Below the pieces are notes generated by a model that was given only the letters and a program-made list of their open reading frames with translations, had not been told where the DNA came from and searched no databases. Source: a bacterium (GTDB lineage: Bacteria > DUMJ01). Taken from it: a DNA stretch of 45,040 bases. Shown here one piece after another: positions 27,500 through 35,716 of this stretch; the first letter of the stretch is position 1, and every line of letters begins with the position of its first letter. A program made the translations under genes and the position numbers. Location: positions 1-45,040 of the forward strand of contig JAOACC010000097.1 in NCBI GenBank assembly GCA_026418035.1. The letters run 5' to 3'.

Positions 27500-28263
27500 T
27501 ACTACAAGGAAAAAAGATAGCAATATTTAATGTTGCCAATAAAAAAAGTATAGCTTGGGCTATAGCCCAATCAGTAATTAAATATGGAGGAGAGGTCATA
27601 ATAGGCTATCAAAATGAGAGATTTAAAGACAATGTAGAAGAACTTATAAAAGACTTATCTCCAAAGCCATTAATACTGGAATGTGATGTCAGTAACGATG
27701 AAAAGATAGAATCTGTAAAAAGAGTAGTGGAAAGAGAGATAGGTAAGATTGATGGACTAGTCCACTCCATAGCATACGCCCCCACAGAGGCTTTAAAGTC
27801 TCCATTTATAGAGACTAATAGAGAATCATTTAGGATTGCATTAGAGGTAAGTGTCTATTCTTTTTTAGCTATGAGTAGGATATTTAAGGATTTAATAAAT
27901 CTAGGCGGTTCTATAATTACCCTAACCTACTATGGCTCAGAGAAGGTGATACCAAATTATAATGTAATGGGTGTAGCCAAATCAGCCTTAGAGTCTAGCG
28001 TGAGGTATCTAGCATATGATTTAGGAAAGGATGGTATAAGGGTAAACGCAATCTCTCCCGGTCCCTTAAGCACATTAGCAGCTAGAGGAATATCTGGATT
28101 TGTAGATATGTTACAGCTACATAGAGAAAGAGCTCCACTTAAGAGGAATGTAGAACATAGAGAGGTTGGAGATACTGCAGTTTTTCTACTAAGTGAACTC
28201 AGCTCTGGTATAACAGGTGAAATTATATACGTAGATGCTGGCTATAATATAATGGGGATGTAG
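27496..28263 (+). CDS. fabI: enoyl-[acyl-carrier-protein] reductase (NADH) FabI
   Basis: 255 aa. VANKKSIAWAIAQ and Y-x6-K (YNVMGVAKSALE). ATGA overlap with xerD. Confidence 0.85.
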   Translation: MILQGKKIAIFNVANKKSIAWAIAQSVIKYGGEVIIGYQNERFKDNVEELIKDLSPKPLILECDVSNDEKIESVKRVVEREIGKIDGLVHSIAYAPTEALKSPFIETNRESFRIALEVSVYSFLAMSRIFKDLINLGGSIITLTYYGSEKVIPNYNVMGVAKSALESSVRYLAYDLGKDGIRVNAISPGPLSTLAARGISGFVDMLQLHRERAPLKRNVEHREVGDTAVFLLSELSSGITGEIIYVDAGYNIMGM

Positions 28264-28266
28264 AGC

Positions 28267-29607
28267 TTAAAGCTCTACCCCATTCTCCTCTATCACTCTT
28301 CTATAGTAATACCCACTTCTTTTTATAATTCTTCTCTGAGTAGGATAATCCACATAAATTATCCCAAATCTCTTAGTATAGCCATAAGCCCATTCGAAAT
28401 TGTCTAAGAGAGACCATACGAAGTAACCCTTCAAATTTACTCCATCTTTAATAGCGTTATAGGCTTGATAGAAATGTCTCCTTAAATAGTCCTCTCTTTT
28501 CGGGTCATCAACCCTATCATTTATTAACTCATCTCTAAAGGCAGCACCATTTTCTGTTATATAAAGAGGGATATTTCCATAATCTTTCTTTATAGAAGCC
28601 AAAAGTTCATACAATCCCTCAGGATATATCTCCCAACCCATCTCTGTCTTATTAGTCGTTGGTTCTATACCACGTGCATTGGTAATTGGAATATTGGGGT
28701 CATAAGTTATAATATTTCTTGTATAGTAATTTACACCAAGGAAGTCTATCTTCAAGCTTATCTTCTTCATATGTTCTGGATCTACCTCAAATGGAATCAC
28801 ATTTTTATCTAGAAGTTCTACAAATTCCTGAGGAAAAGAACCTTTTAATACTGGGTCTAAAAACCATCTATTCCACATAAGGTCCATCTTTCTGGCAGAA
28901 AGGACATCTTCCTCCCTATTAGAAGCCGGATGCATAGGAGTAAGATTCAATGTTATACCAATCTGCCCTCTGACACCTAGATCTCTATAAGCTTCAACCG
29001 TTAAGCCATGTGCAAGAAGAGCTGAATATGTAGCCTTTACAGCTAAACTAAAATCTTTCTTTCCAGGAGCATGTATACCCATGCCATACCCTAGATATGT
29101 AAAAACAGCAGGTTCATTAAGAGTAATCCAAAAAGGAATAGATTCTCCTAACTCCTTAAATAATGTATAAGAATAATCAGCAAAATACTTACTGGTATCA
29201 AGATTACCCCATCCTCCATTTTCTTCTAAAGCCTGTGGTAAATCCCAGTGATATATAGTAGCAAAGGGTGTAATACCTGCCGAGTTTAGAATATCTACCA
29301 ATTTTTTATAGAAATCTATCCCCTTCCTGTTGATGTTTCCCTTACCTTCTGGAAAGACCCTAGGCCATGATATAGAAAACCTATATGCCTTAAGCCTAAG
29401 AACCTTCATAAGTTCTATATCTTCGGCATATCTATGATAATGGTCACAGGCGATATCACCATTAGAACCATCCACGATATTACCAGGTATATGAGTGAAT
29501 ACATCCCAGATGGAAGGTCCTTTACCATCCTCATCAAAGGCGCCTTCTATCTGATAAGAAGCAGTAGCGCAACCCCAGACAAAATCCTTTGGAAACTGAT
29601 AAAACAT
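28267..29607 (-). CDS. bglA: GH1 beta-glucosidase
   Basis: The ATG at 29607 has GGAGG 9 nt upstream and gives 446 aa starting MFYQFPKDFVWGCATASYQIEGA. Acid/base TLNEP, nucleophile ITENG. The track start at 29697 would run into cdd. Confidence 0.9.
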   Translation of the reverse strand: MFYQFPKDFVWGCATASYQIEGAFDEDGKGPSIWDVFTHIPGNIVDGSNGDIACDHYHRYAEDIELMKVLRLKAYRFSISWPRVFPEGKGNINRKGIDFYKKLVDILNSAGITPFATIYHWDLPQALEENGGWGNLDTSKYFADYSYTLFKELGESIPFWITLNEPAVFTYLGYGMGIHAPGKKDFSLAVKATYSALLAHGLTVEAYRDLGVRGQIGITLNLTPMHPASNREEDVLSARKMDLMWNRWFLDPVLKGSFPQEFVELLDKNVIPFEVDPEHMKKISLKIDFLGVNYYTRNIITYDPNIPITNARGIEPTTNKTEMGWEIYPEGLYELLASIKKDYGNIPLYITENGAAFRDELINDRVDDPKREDYLRRHFYQAYNAIKDGVNLKGYFVWSLLDNFEWAYGYTKRFGIIYVDYPTQRRIIKRSGYYYRRVIEENGVEL

Positions 29608-29611
29608 ACTC

Positions 29612-30007
29612 TTATTCCTCCTTATTAAATTTGAACGGGTTTGGTAAAAGGTCTGCCAATTTAAACCTCTCCAATTTACCATCTCTAGAAGAAACAATAA
29701 CCTCTAAATCTCTATCTGAGAACTCGCTCATAACCTGAAGACATGCCCCGCAAGGAATAGGAATTGAATCATCATCTGAAATAATTACCACCCTAGTGAT
29801 ACTCTTTTCTCCATTCGATATAGCCTTAAAGATCGCTACTCTTTCTGCACATACAGTAAGCCCAAAGGACATATTTTCAACATTACAGCCAGTGTAAAAG
29901 TTACCCGAAGATGTTTCTACAACTGCACCTACTCTATACTTTGAATATGGAGCATAGGCATTATTCAATACTTCTCTAGCAATATCAATCATCTTCTTCT
30001 CGTTCAT
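29612..30007 (-). CDS. cdd: cytidine deaminase (homotetrameric type)
   Basis: 131 aa. AYAPYSKYRVGA, CAERVAIF, PCGACLQVM zinc ligands. Confidence 0.9.
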   Translation of the reverse strand: MNEKKMIDIAREVLNNAYAPYSKYRVGAVVETSSGNFYTGCNVENMSFGLTVCAERVAIFKAISNGEKSITRVVIISDDDSIPIPCGACLQVMSEFSDRDLEVIVSSRDGKLERFKLADLLPNPFKFNKEE

Positions 30008-31289
30008 CTTCTCTATGCACCTTCTTAATTCTTAATTTTGTGATTCTTCTACCTCTAACCTCTTCAACCCTAATCAAGACCCCATCATATTCAAATTCCT
30101 CACCAGATTTTGGTATATGACTTACGTGGTCATATACAAAACCAGCTATCGTATCTGTCTCTTCAGCCGGAAGATTTACTCCAAGCATCTCATTTAGCTC
30201 CTCAAGATTCATTCTACCGTCCACAATAATCTCATCTGGAGATATTTCTCTCACCATCGATTCTTCATTTACATCATACTCATCCATTATCTCTCCAACT
30301 AGTTCTTCAAGTATATCTTCTATAGTTACTAAGCCTGCGGTACCACCATACTCATCTATTATAATTGCCATATGGATCTTCTGAGCTCTCATTTCTCTAA
30401 AGAGTTCATCTATAGGTTTGGTCTCTGGGACATAATAAGGAGCCCTCATAATAGAGCTTAATGGAGGAGGATTCTTCAAACCAAAATATTTAAGTAAGTC
30501 TTTGGCATATATAATGCCTACTATATTATCTATCGTCTCTTCATACACTGGGATCCTAGAATGTCCACTCATAGTTATGGTATTTATAGCTTCCTCAAAG
30601 GAGGAGTTTACCTCTAATGCTACTATATCAACCCTAGGAACCATCACTTCCCTTGCCAGTGTCTCAGAGAATTCAAATACACCTTCTATGATTTCTCGTT
30701 CTTCCTCTTCTATAATACCCTCTTCTTCACCTATGTCTACCAGAGTCTTTATCTCTTCTTCAGTTACAAACGGCTCTGGATTTACTAGCTTTAATCCGAA
30801 AATTCCCAATATTAAGTTAGCTACAGCGGTCATAGCTATGGCTATAGGAGAAAAAATTTTATGAAAGAAAGCGAGAGGCTTAGCTGTAAAAAGAGCTACC
30901 TTCTCTGCTCTCTGAAAGACATAAGATTTAGGAGTTACCTCGGCAAAGACAAGTATGAGGAAGGTAGAAATAATAGTAGAGATAGGAATAGACCATCCTG
31001 GATTAAGGTTTAAAGTACTAAGCCATCTAAAAGACACAGCGGTAAGAATAGCGGTCAAGGCATTTTGAGCTATATTATTACCTAGAAGAATGGTAGAAAG
31101 AAGTCTTGTAGAGTCCTTAAGTAATTTATTTAACCTTTTAGCTCTTTCATCCCCCTCGTTCTCTAATTGCCTAAGCTTTACCTTGCTTACCGCTGTTATT
31201 GCAGTTTCAGAACTCATAAAGTATGCAGATAGAGAAAGGAATAGAAATACTAGAATATAATCAAGCCAGAAACTACTACTACCTTCCAA
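29985..31289 (-). CDS. CNNM/HlyC-CorC family transporter (DUF21 TM domain, CBS pair, CorC_HlyC domain)
   Basis: 434 aa. 4-TM N-terminal part, a CBS pair region (VMVPRVDIVAL...; IHMAIIIDEYGGTAGLVTIEDILEELVGEI), and a C-terminal transporter-associated domain. TTG start with SD AGGAGGGAG. Confidence 0.8.
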   Translation of the reverse strand: MEGSSSFWLDYILVFLFLSLSAYFMSSETAITAVSKVKLRQLENEGDERAKRLNKLLKDSTRLLSTILLGNNIAQNALTAILTAVSFRWLSTLNLNPGWSIPISTIISTFLILVFAEVTPKSYVFQRAEKVALFTAKPLAFFHKIFSPIAIAMTAVANLILGIFGLKLVNPEPFVTEEEIKTLVDIGEEEGIIEEEEREIIEGVFEFSETLAREVMVPRVDIVALEVNSSFEEAINTITMSGHSRIPVYEETIDNIVGIIYAKDLLKYFGLKNPPPLSSIMRAPYYVPETKPIDELFREMRAQKIHMAIIIDEYGGTAGLVTIEDILEELVGEIMDEYDVNEESMVREISPDEIIVDGRMNLEELNEMLGVNLPAEETDTIAGFVYDHVSHIPKSGEEFEYDGVLIRVEEVRGRRITKLRIKKVHREDEREEDD

Positions 31290-31303
31290 AGAGATACTCC
31301 CTC

Positions 31304-32005
31304 CTATTTAAGAAGCAGTTTGAATATTGTTAGCATTACTATTATACCCAAAAAAGAACCAAATATTACCTCTTTTAAAGAATGTATCTTTCCTTCGACT
31401 CTACTTTGGGCTACCATCAAAGCCAAAATAACACCCAATATACTTATTACTAAAGAGTTCGAGAGATAGACTATAGCTACCGCTAAACTAAAAGCCACTG
31501 CGGAGTGTCCACTAACTATTCCGCCCCTAAGAAATTTATCTCCTACAAGACTCTTAATCACTATAACTGAGATTATTACCAAGATAATTCCCCCAACAAT
31601 AAGATGATAGGGGATAGACCTTAACGTCCTAAGGGTAACTCTAAATGGAAGATCTAGATGAGGATAAAACACAAGATAACCTATAGCTACTGATGCTATA
31701 ACTGTTATCAAAACAGCACCAGCTGATACATCCTTTATAAACTTTATCTTAGGGTCAAACTTATCATTTACTATATCTAATAACTTTTCAATAGCAGTAT
31801 TAAATAGTTCGGTAAAAAGAACTAAGGTTATAACAAAGAACAGTATAGCTATTTCTATCCTGGTAAGATTCAATAATATCCCACACAGTATAACTATTCC
31901 AGCGAAGAGAATATCTAATCTAAAGTTCCTCTCAGCCTTAAATGCCGATATAATTCCCTGTATAGCTAAATCTACACTTTCTGCAAAAGATTTAGTCTTA
32001 GACAT
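31304..32005 (-). CDS. dgkA: DgkA-type lipid kinase (undecaprenol/diacylglycerol kinase) fused to a PAP2-like phosphatase half
   Basis: 233 aa. Residues 1-115 are DgkA-like (ERNFRLD...ELFNTAIEKLLD...KDVSAGAVL). The C-terminal half carries SGHS and SRVEGKIHSLKE, which match PAP2 motifs C2 and C3. Confidence 0.65.
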   Translation of the reverse strand: MSKTKSFAESVDLAIQGIISAFKAERNFRLDILFAGIVILCGILLNLTRIEIAILFFVITLVLFTELFNTAIEKLLDIVNDKFDPKIKFIKDVSAGAVLITVIASVAIGYLVFYPHLDLPFRVTLRTLRSIPYHLIVGGIILVIISVIVIKSLVGDKFLRGGIVSGHSAVAFSLAVAIVYLSNSLVISILGVILALMVAQSRVEGKIHSLKEVIFGSFLGIIVMLTIFKLLLK

Positions 32006-32008
32006 AAT

Positions 32009-32410
32009 CTAACCCAAGAGTTTCTCCGTTAGTTCCATCATCTTATTATAACCTTCTTCGTCTTCATCGTTGTAACCCAAAAGATGCAAAAGCCCATGTA
32101 TAGCCAAGAATTTTACCTCCCTTTCCAAATCCCAATTTTGCTCTTCAGCCTGTTTAGAAGCAGTATCAAGAGAGATATAAATATCTCCCCAAATGATATT
32201 TTCGTCCATAGGAAAACTAAGGACATCAGTTGCGGAATCTATACCTCTATAATCTCTATTAAGCCTTCTGATATATTCGTCATCAGTTAATACTATATTT
32301 ATCTCTTCTTCTTTAACATTAAGTTCTCTAAGTTTATCTTTGATAAATTTCTTCAATCTACTTCTATTAATCTTGATATTTGGATGGATATTAACTACCT
32401 CTAGAGACAA
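32009..32410 (-). CDS. ybeY: rRNA maturation endoribonuclease YbeY
   Basis: 133 aa. TDVLSFP and HGLLHLLGYND motifs. TTG start with SD AGGGAGG. 20-nt overlap with pgpH. Confidence 0.85.
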   Translation of the reverse strand: MSLEVVNIHPNIKINRSRLKKFIKDKLRELNVKEEEINIVLTDDEYIRRLNRDYRGIDSATDVLSFPMDENIIWGDIYISLDTASKQAEEQNWDLEREVKFLAIHGLLHLLGYNDEDEEGYNKMMELTEKLLG

Positions 32411-34496
32411 TAGCTCTTGCCTCCCTTTGTATCTCTGGATATTCTATCCTAGGATGGAAAAGTCCATTCAAGACCTTAATAAATGATTCTGCTATAATAT
32501 TTATATCCCTAAGAGTAAGTGGGCTATCATCTAATTGCCCATCCTTTAAACGCTCTTCTATTATACCCCTAACAACATCCTCTATTTTTTGAGGAGTGGG
32601 ATGTTCTAATGACCTAACAGCAGCCTCTACAGCATCTGCCAACATAACTATAGCGGTCTCCTTACTTCTAGGCTTAGGTCCCTTATACCTATAATCTTCT
32701 TCTCTTACATTATCAGGGTTTTCTTTTAATGCTTTATGATAGAAATACGAAACCAAAGATGTCCCGTGGTGTTCTCTTATAAAGTCTATTATCTGCTCTG
32801 GAATTCTATACTGCTTAGCCAGCATAACCCCATCATCCACATGCTGAAGTATAATAAGTCTACTAAGACTAGGTGGTAATCTATCATGTAAGTTCTCCTG
32901 ACCCAGTTGATTCTCTATAAAGAAATAGGGTCTTCTCACCTTACCAATATCATGGTAGTAGGATCCAGCTCTAATAAGAGGAAGGTTAGCCCCTAAAGCC
33001 TCCCCTGCTGATTCTGCCAGATTGCCTATAAGAATAGAGTGGTGATAAGTTCCAGGAGCTTCTAACATAAGTCTCTTTAATAGAGGCTGTGTAAAGTTAA
33101 TCAACTCTGTAAGTCTAATTGGAGTTAAAATTTGAAATAGATGTTCAAGATACGGCATTAAGCCAATGGCAAGGATAGATGATAGTAATCCTGAACCTAG
33201 GGCATAAACAGCATTTAATATGATACTTCTTAAATCACCGTATCCCATTACAGAAATGGCACCTACTCCAGCTACCTGAGTTAGAGATACAAAAATTCCT
33301 GCCTTTGTAAGGTCTCCCCTCTGAGTAATATCTTTCGTTGTTAAAACCCCTACAATAGAACCTATAAAAAGAGGCAAGTAGAATCTTAAAATATCCGGGT
33401 TAGAGACATTGGGAAGTATACCTGAAAATACCAAAATGACTATAGAGAGCCTATAGTCTAGTAAGACAGTAGACAGTATTGTTAGTGTTGCTAAGGGTAC
33501 TAGATATATTGATAAAAGAGAAAACCCTTTAACAAGTATAAGGCCAACGATTAAAATAATAGCAATCAACCAGTTTAGAGGAACATTGTTATATATACTA
33601 GGGAGATAACTCCTTACAAATTCCACTATAACCAATTCACTGAGTAATATAATCACACCAAGCCCAATAATACCAGGGATATTAGGTTGACTCTTGGTAA
33701 GACCTAGGGCATCTAGATACTTCATATGTTCTCTAGTTATAATGTCTCCTCTACGGACAATAATTTGTCCCTTTAAAATTCTATACTTTATAGGTTGAAC
33801 AGAGTTCTTAGCCTCATTTTGGCGCTTTATAGTTTCTTCCACATTAAGAAAGAGGTTTGGTCTAATAAAATATTTTGAAAGTTTAACTGTAATCTCCTTT
33901 AACTCCTGAGGAACTGACAGTCTGTTGACTTCATCCTCTATAAGTTGCTCTACTATACTAATATTCTGAGGTGATATACCTTTAGACAAGATGTCTTTAA
34001 CTATTCGAGTAATATAACCCCTTAGTCTATTTATCTGGTCTCGTCTAAGAGAAAAAAGTATCTTTACTATATCATCGGTCAATCTTATTGGTAGAATCTT
34101 CTTTAATTCAACAAAATTTTTCACCTGAGCTCTCTCTAGGGTATTGAAGAAATAAGCAATTTCGTCTATAACCTGAAGCTCTACCATTGTATCCAACTCA
34201 TAAACAGGCTTTACCTCTTTAATTGCTTGCTCTCTAAGCTGTTCTGTCCTCTCTTCATCGATAAATTCCATAGTTCTAGGAGAGATGATATCTGTAGGGG
34301 AAACCTGTCCCACCTCTATGTTTAACGAAGCAGGTAAAAAATCTGATATAAGGACACCAAAATAGAAGAGAAAGACAACTATCCATATTATTTCTCTACC
34401 CTTTATGACCTTGAAGAAGACTTGAGAAATAAAAAGATTTAAATCTTTTATATAGGAGATTAGTTTATCTCCTATTTGTTCTATTATTAGATTCAT
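32391..34496 (-). CDS. pgpH: 7TM-receptor HD-domain phosphohydrolase, PgpH/YqfF family (c-di-AMP phosphodiesterase type)
   Basis: 701 aa. Extracellular N-terminal domain, 7 TM, HD domain (HHSILIGNLAE...YYHDIGK...HHGTSL). Sits in the classic phoH-yqfF-ybeY position. Confidence 0.8.
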   Translation of the reverse strand: MNLIIEQIGDKLISYIKDLNLFISQVFFKVIKGREIIWIVVFLFYFGVLISDFLPASLNIEVGQVSPTDIISPRTMEFIDEERTEQLREQAIKEVKPVYELDTMVELQVIDEIAYFFNTLERAQVKNFVELKKILPIRLTDDIVKILFSLRRDQINRLRGYITRIVKDILSKGISPQNISIVEQLIEDEVNRLSVPQELKEITVKLSKYFIRPNLFLNVEETIKRQNEAKNSVQPIKYRILKGQIIVRRGDIITREHMKYLDALGLTKSQPNIPGIIGLGVIILLSELVIVEFVRSYLPSIYNNVPLNWLIAIILIVGLILVKGFSLLSIYLVPLATLTILSTVLLDYRLSIVILVFSGILPNVSNPDILRFYLPLFIGSIVGVLTTKDITQRGDLTKAGIFVSLTQVAGVGAISVMGYGDLRSIILNAVYALGSGLLSSILAIGLMPYLEHLFQILTPIRLTELINFTQPLLKRLMLEAPGTYHHSILIGNLAESAGEALGANLPLIRAGSYYHDIGKVRRPYFFIENQLGQENLHDRLPPSLSRLIILQHVDDGVMLAKQYRIPEQIIDFIREHHGTSLVSYFYHKALKENPDNVREEDYRYKGPKPRSKETAIVMLADAVEAAVRSLEHPTPQKIEDVVRGIIEERLKDGQLDDSPLTLRDINIIAESFIKVLNGLFHPRIEYPEIQREARAIVSRGS

Positions 34497-35361
34497 AAAT
34501 ATTATAAGCCCTTATAATCCTCTGAACCAAGTCGTGCCTTACAACGTCTTGCTCAGTCAAGTATACAAAGGCTAGCCCTTCGACATCCTTCAGTATTCTC
34601 TGTGCCTGAATAAGTCCAGACTCTCTATCCGAAGGTAAATCTATCTGCGTTATGTCACCGGTCACAACATACTTAGAACCAAAACCCATCCTAGTGAGAA
34701 ACATCTTCATCTGTTCAGGGGTAGTATTCTGGGCTTCATCAAGAATAACAAAAGCATCATTGAGAGTTCTTCCCCTCATGTAGGCTAGGGGGGCGACTTC
34801 AATAATACCTCTCTCCATGTACTTCTGAATCTTCTCCACCTCTAGCATATCGTAGAGGGCATCATATAGGGGTCTGAGATACGGGTCTACTTTCTCCTGC
34901 AAGTCTCCAGGAAGAAACCCTAGTCTTTCTCCAGCTTCAATAGCAGGCCTAGTAAGTATAATCCTTGCTACAGTTTTATTTTTGAGGGCTACCAAAGCCA
35001 TAGCCATAGCTAGATAGGTTTTTCCAGTTCCGGCAGGCCCAATAGCGAAAACAAGATCATAATTTCTCATAGTATCGACATACTTTTTTTGCCCTGGAGT
35101 CTTTGGAAAAACTCTCTTACCTCTTGGGGTAACTAGTATAACATCATCTCTCAGAGAGCTTATACTAAAAGATTCCTGCTCAGGATATTCAAGTAAAAGA
35201 GTTATATCCTTCTTACCTACCATATGACCCTTTCTAGCTATCCTAGATAAGTCCTCTACGATAGCTACCGTTTTCTCTACATCCTCATCCTTACCCCTTA
35301 TACACAAACCCTGTTCAACTAAAAATATCTCTGTATTAGTCCTTTCGGAGAGAAATACCAA
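34465..35361 (-). CDS. phoH: PhoH-like ATPase
   Basis: Walker A GPAGTGKTYLAMA, Walker B FVILDEAQN. The track start is the TTG at 35361. The conserved N-terminal sequence continues in frame up to 35433, with a possible ATA start at 35430 (see findings). Confidence 0.85.
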   Translation of the reverse strand: MVFLSERTNTEIFLVEQGLCIRGKDEDVEKTVAIVEDLSRIARKGHMVGKKDITLLLEYPEQESFSISSLRDDVILVTPRGKRVFPKTPGQKKYVDTMRNYDLVFAIGPAGTGKTYLAMAMALVALKNKTVARIILTRPAIEAGERLGFLPGDLQEKVDPYLRPLYDALYDMLEVEKIQKYMERGIIEVAPLAYMRGRTLNDAFVILDEAQNTTPEQMKMFLTRMGFGSKYVVTGDITQIDLPSDRESGLIQAQRILKDVEGLAFVYLTEQDVVRHDLVQRIIRAYNIYESNNRTNRR

Positions 35362-35451
35362 ATTTTCGTCTAAATTTCCAAGTAGATTCTTTAAAGTCCT
35401 AATATCATCAAACTCTATATACCTTTCTATAGATCAAATCACCTCTTCCTC

Positions 35452-35528
35452 TGGTGTGCCTGGGGAGATTCGAACTCCCCACCAGTGGATCCGGAGTCCA
35501 CCGTTCTATCCGGCTGAACTACAGGCAC
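35452..35528 (-). tRNA. tRNA-Arg (anticodon CCG), CCA-encoded
   Basis: 77 nt. Manual cloverleaf: GTGCCTG/TA/GTTC-AGCCGGATA-GAAC/G/GTGGA-CTCCGGA-TCCAC/TGGTG/GGGAG-TTCGAAT-CTCCC/CAGGCAC/A/CCA. Confidence 0.9.
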
Positions 35529-35537
35529 TTTTAAAAA

Positions 35538-35634
35538 TGGCGGAGAGGGTGGGATTCGAACCCACGGGATGTGCTTTGAAACACATCCAATCGCTTAGCA
35601 GGCGACCGCCTTAGACCTACTCGGCCACCTCTCC
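35538..35634 (-). tRNA. tRNA-Ser (anticodon GCT), long variable arm, CCA-encoded
   Basis: 97 nt. Acceptor GGAGAGG/CCTCTCC, anticodon loop CTGCTAA, 24-nt variable arm with stem GGATGTG/CACATCC, T-arm GTGGG-TTCGAAT-CCCAC. Confidence 0.9.
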
Positions 35635-35646
35635 ATGCCTAGAAAG

Positions 35647-35675
35647 ATTTTACCACAAAAAATAAAGTTTAGCAA
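35647..35675 (-). promoter_or_regulatory. sigma70-type promoter (extended -10) for the tRNA-Ser/tRNA-Arg (and phoH) transcript
   Basis: Minus strand reads TTGCTA (35675-35670), a 17-nt spacer ending in TGG, then TAAAAT (35652-35647). The -10 box ends 12 nt upstream of the tRNA-Ser 5' end. Confidence 0.6.
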
Positions 35676-35716
35676 CAATCACCTGATTAAACTTTTTTAT
35701 GGTATACTTAGGAAAT

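Noticed and set aside
28254-28281. Hairpin (GTAGAGC-loop-GCTCTAC, extendable by GGG/CCC) spanning the stop codons of the convergent fabI and bglA genes, as a bidirectional terminator.
   Set aside because: The stem is short and has a bulge. There is no U-tract on the plus-strand side and only a weak one on the minus side. It may contribute to termination, but I cannot support calling it.
35699-35716. Upstream ATG (MVYLGN) for the LptD-like gene.
   Set aside because: A start at 35717 gives a canonical signal peptide (MKRW plus a hydrophobic core plus YA). The six extra residues add nothing recognisable. Either start remains possible.
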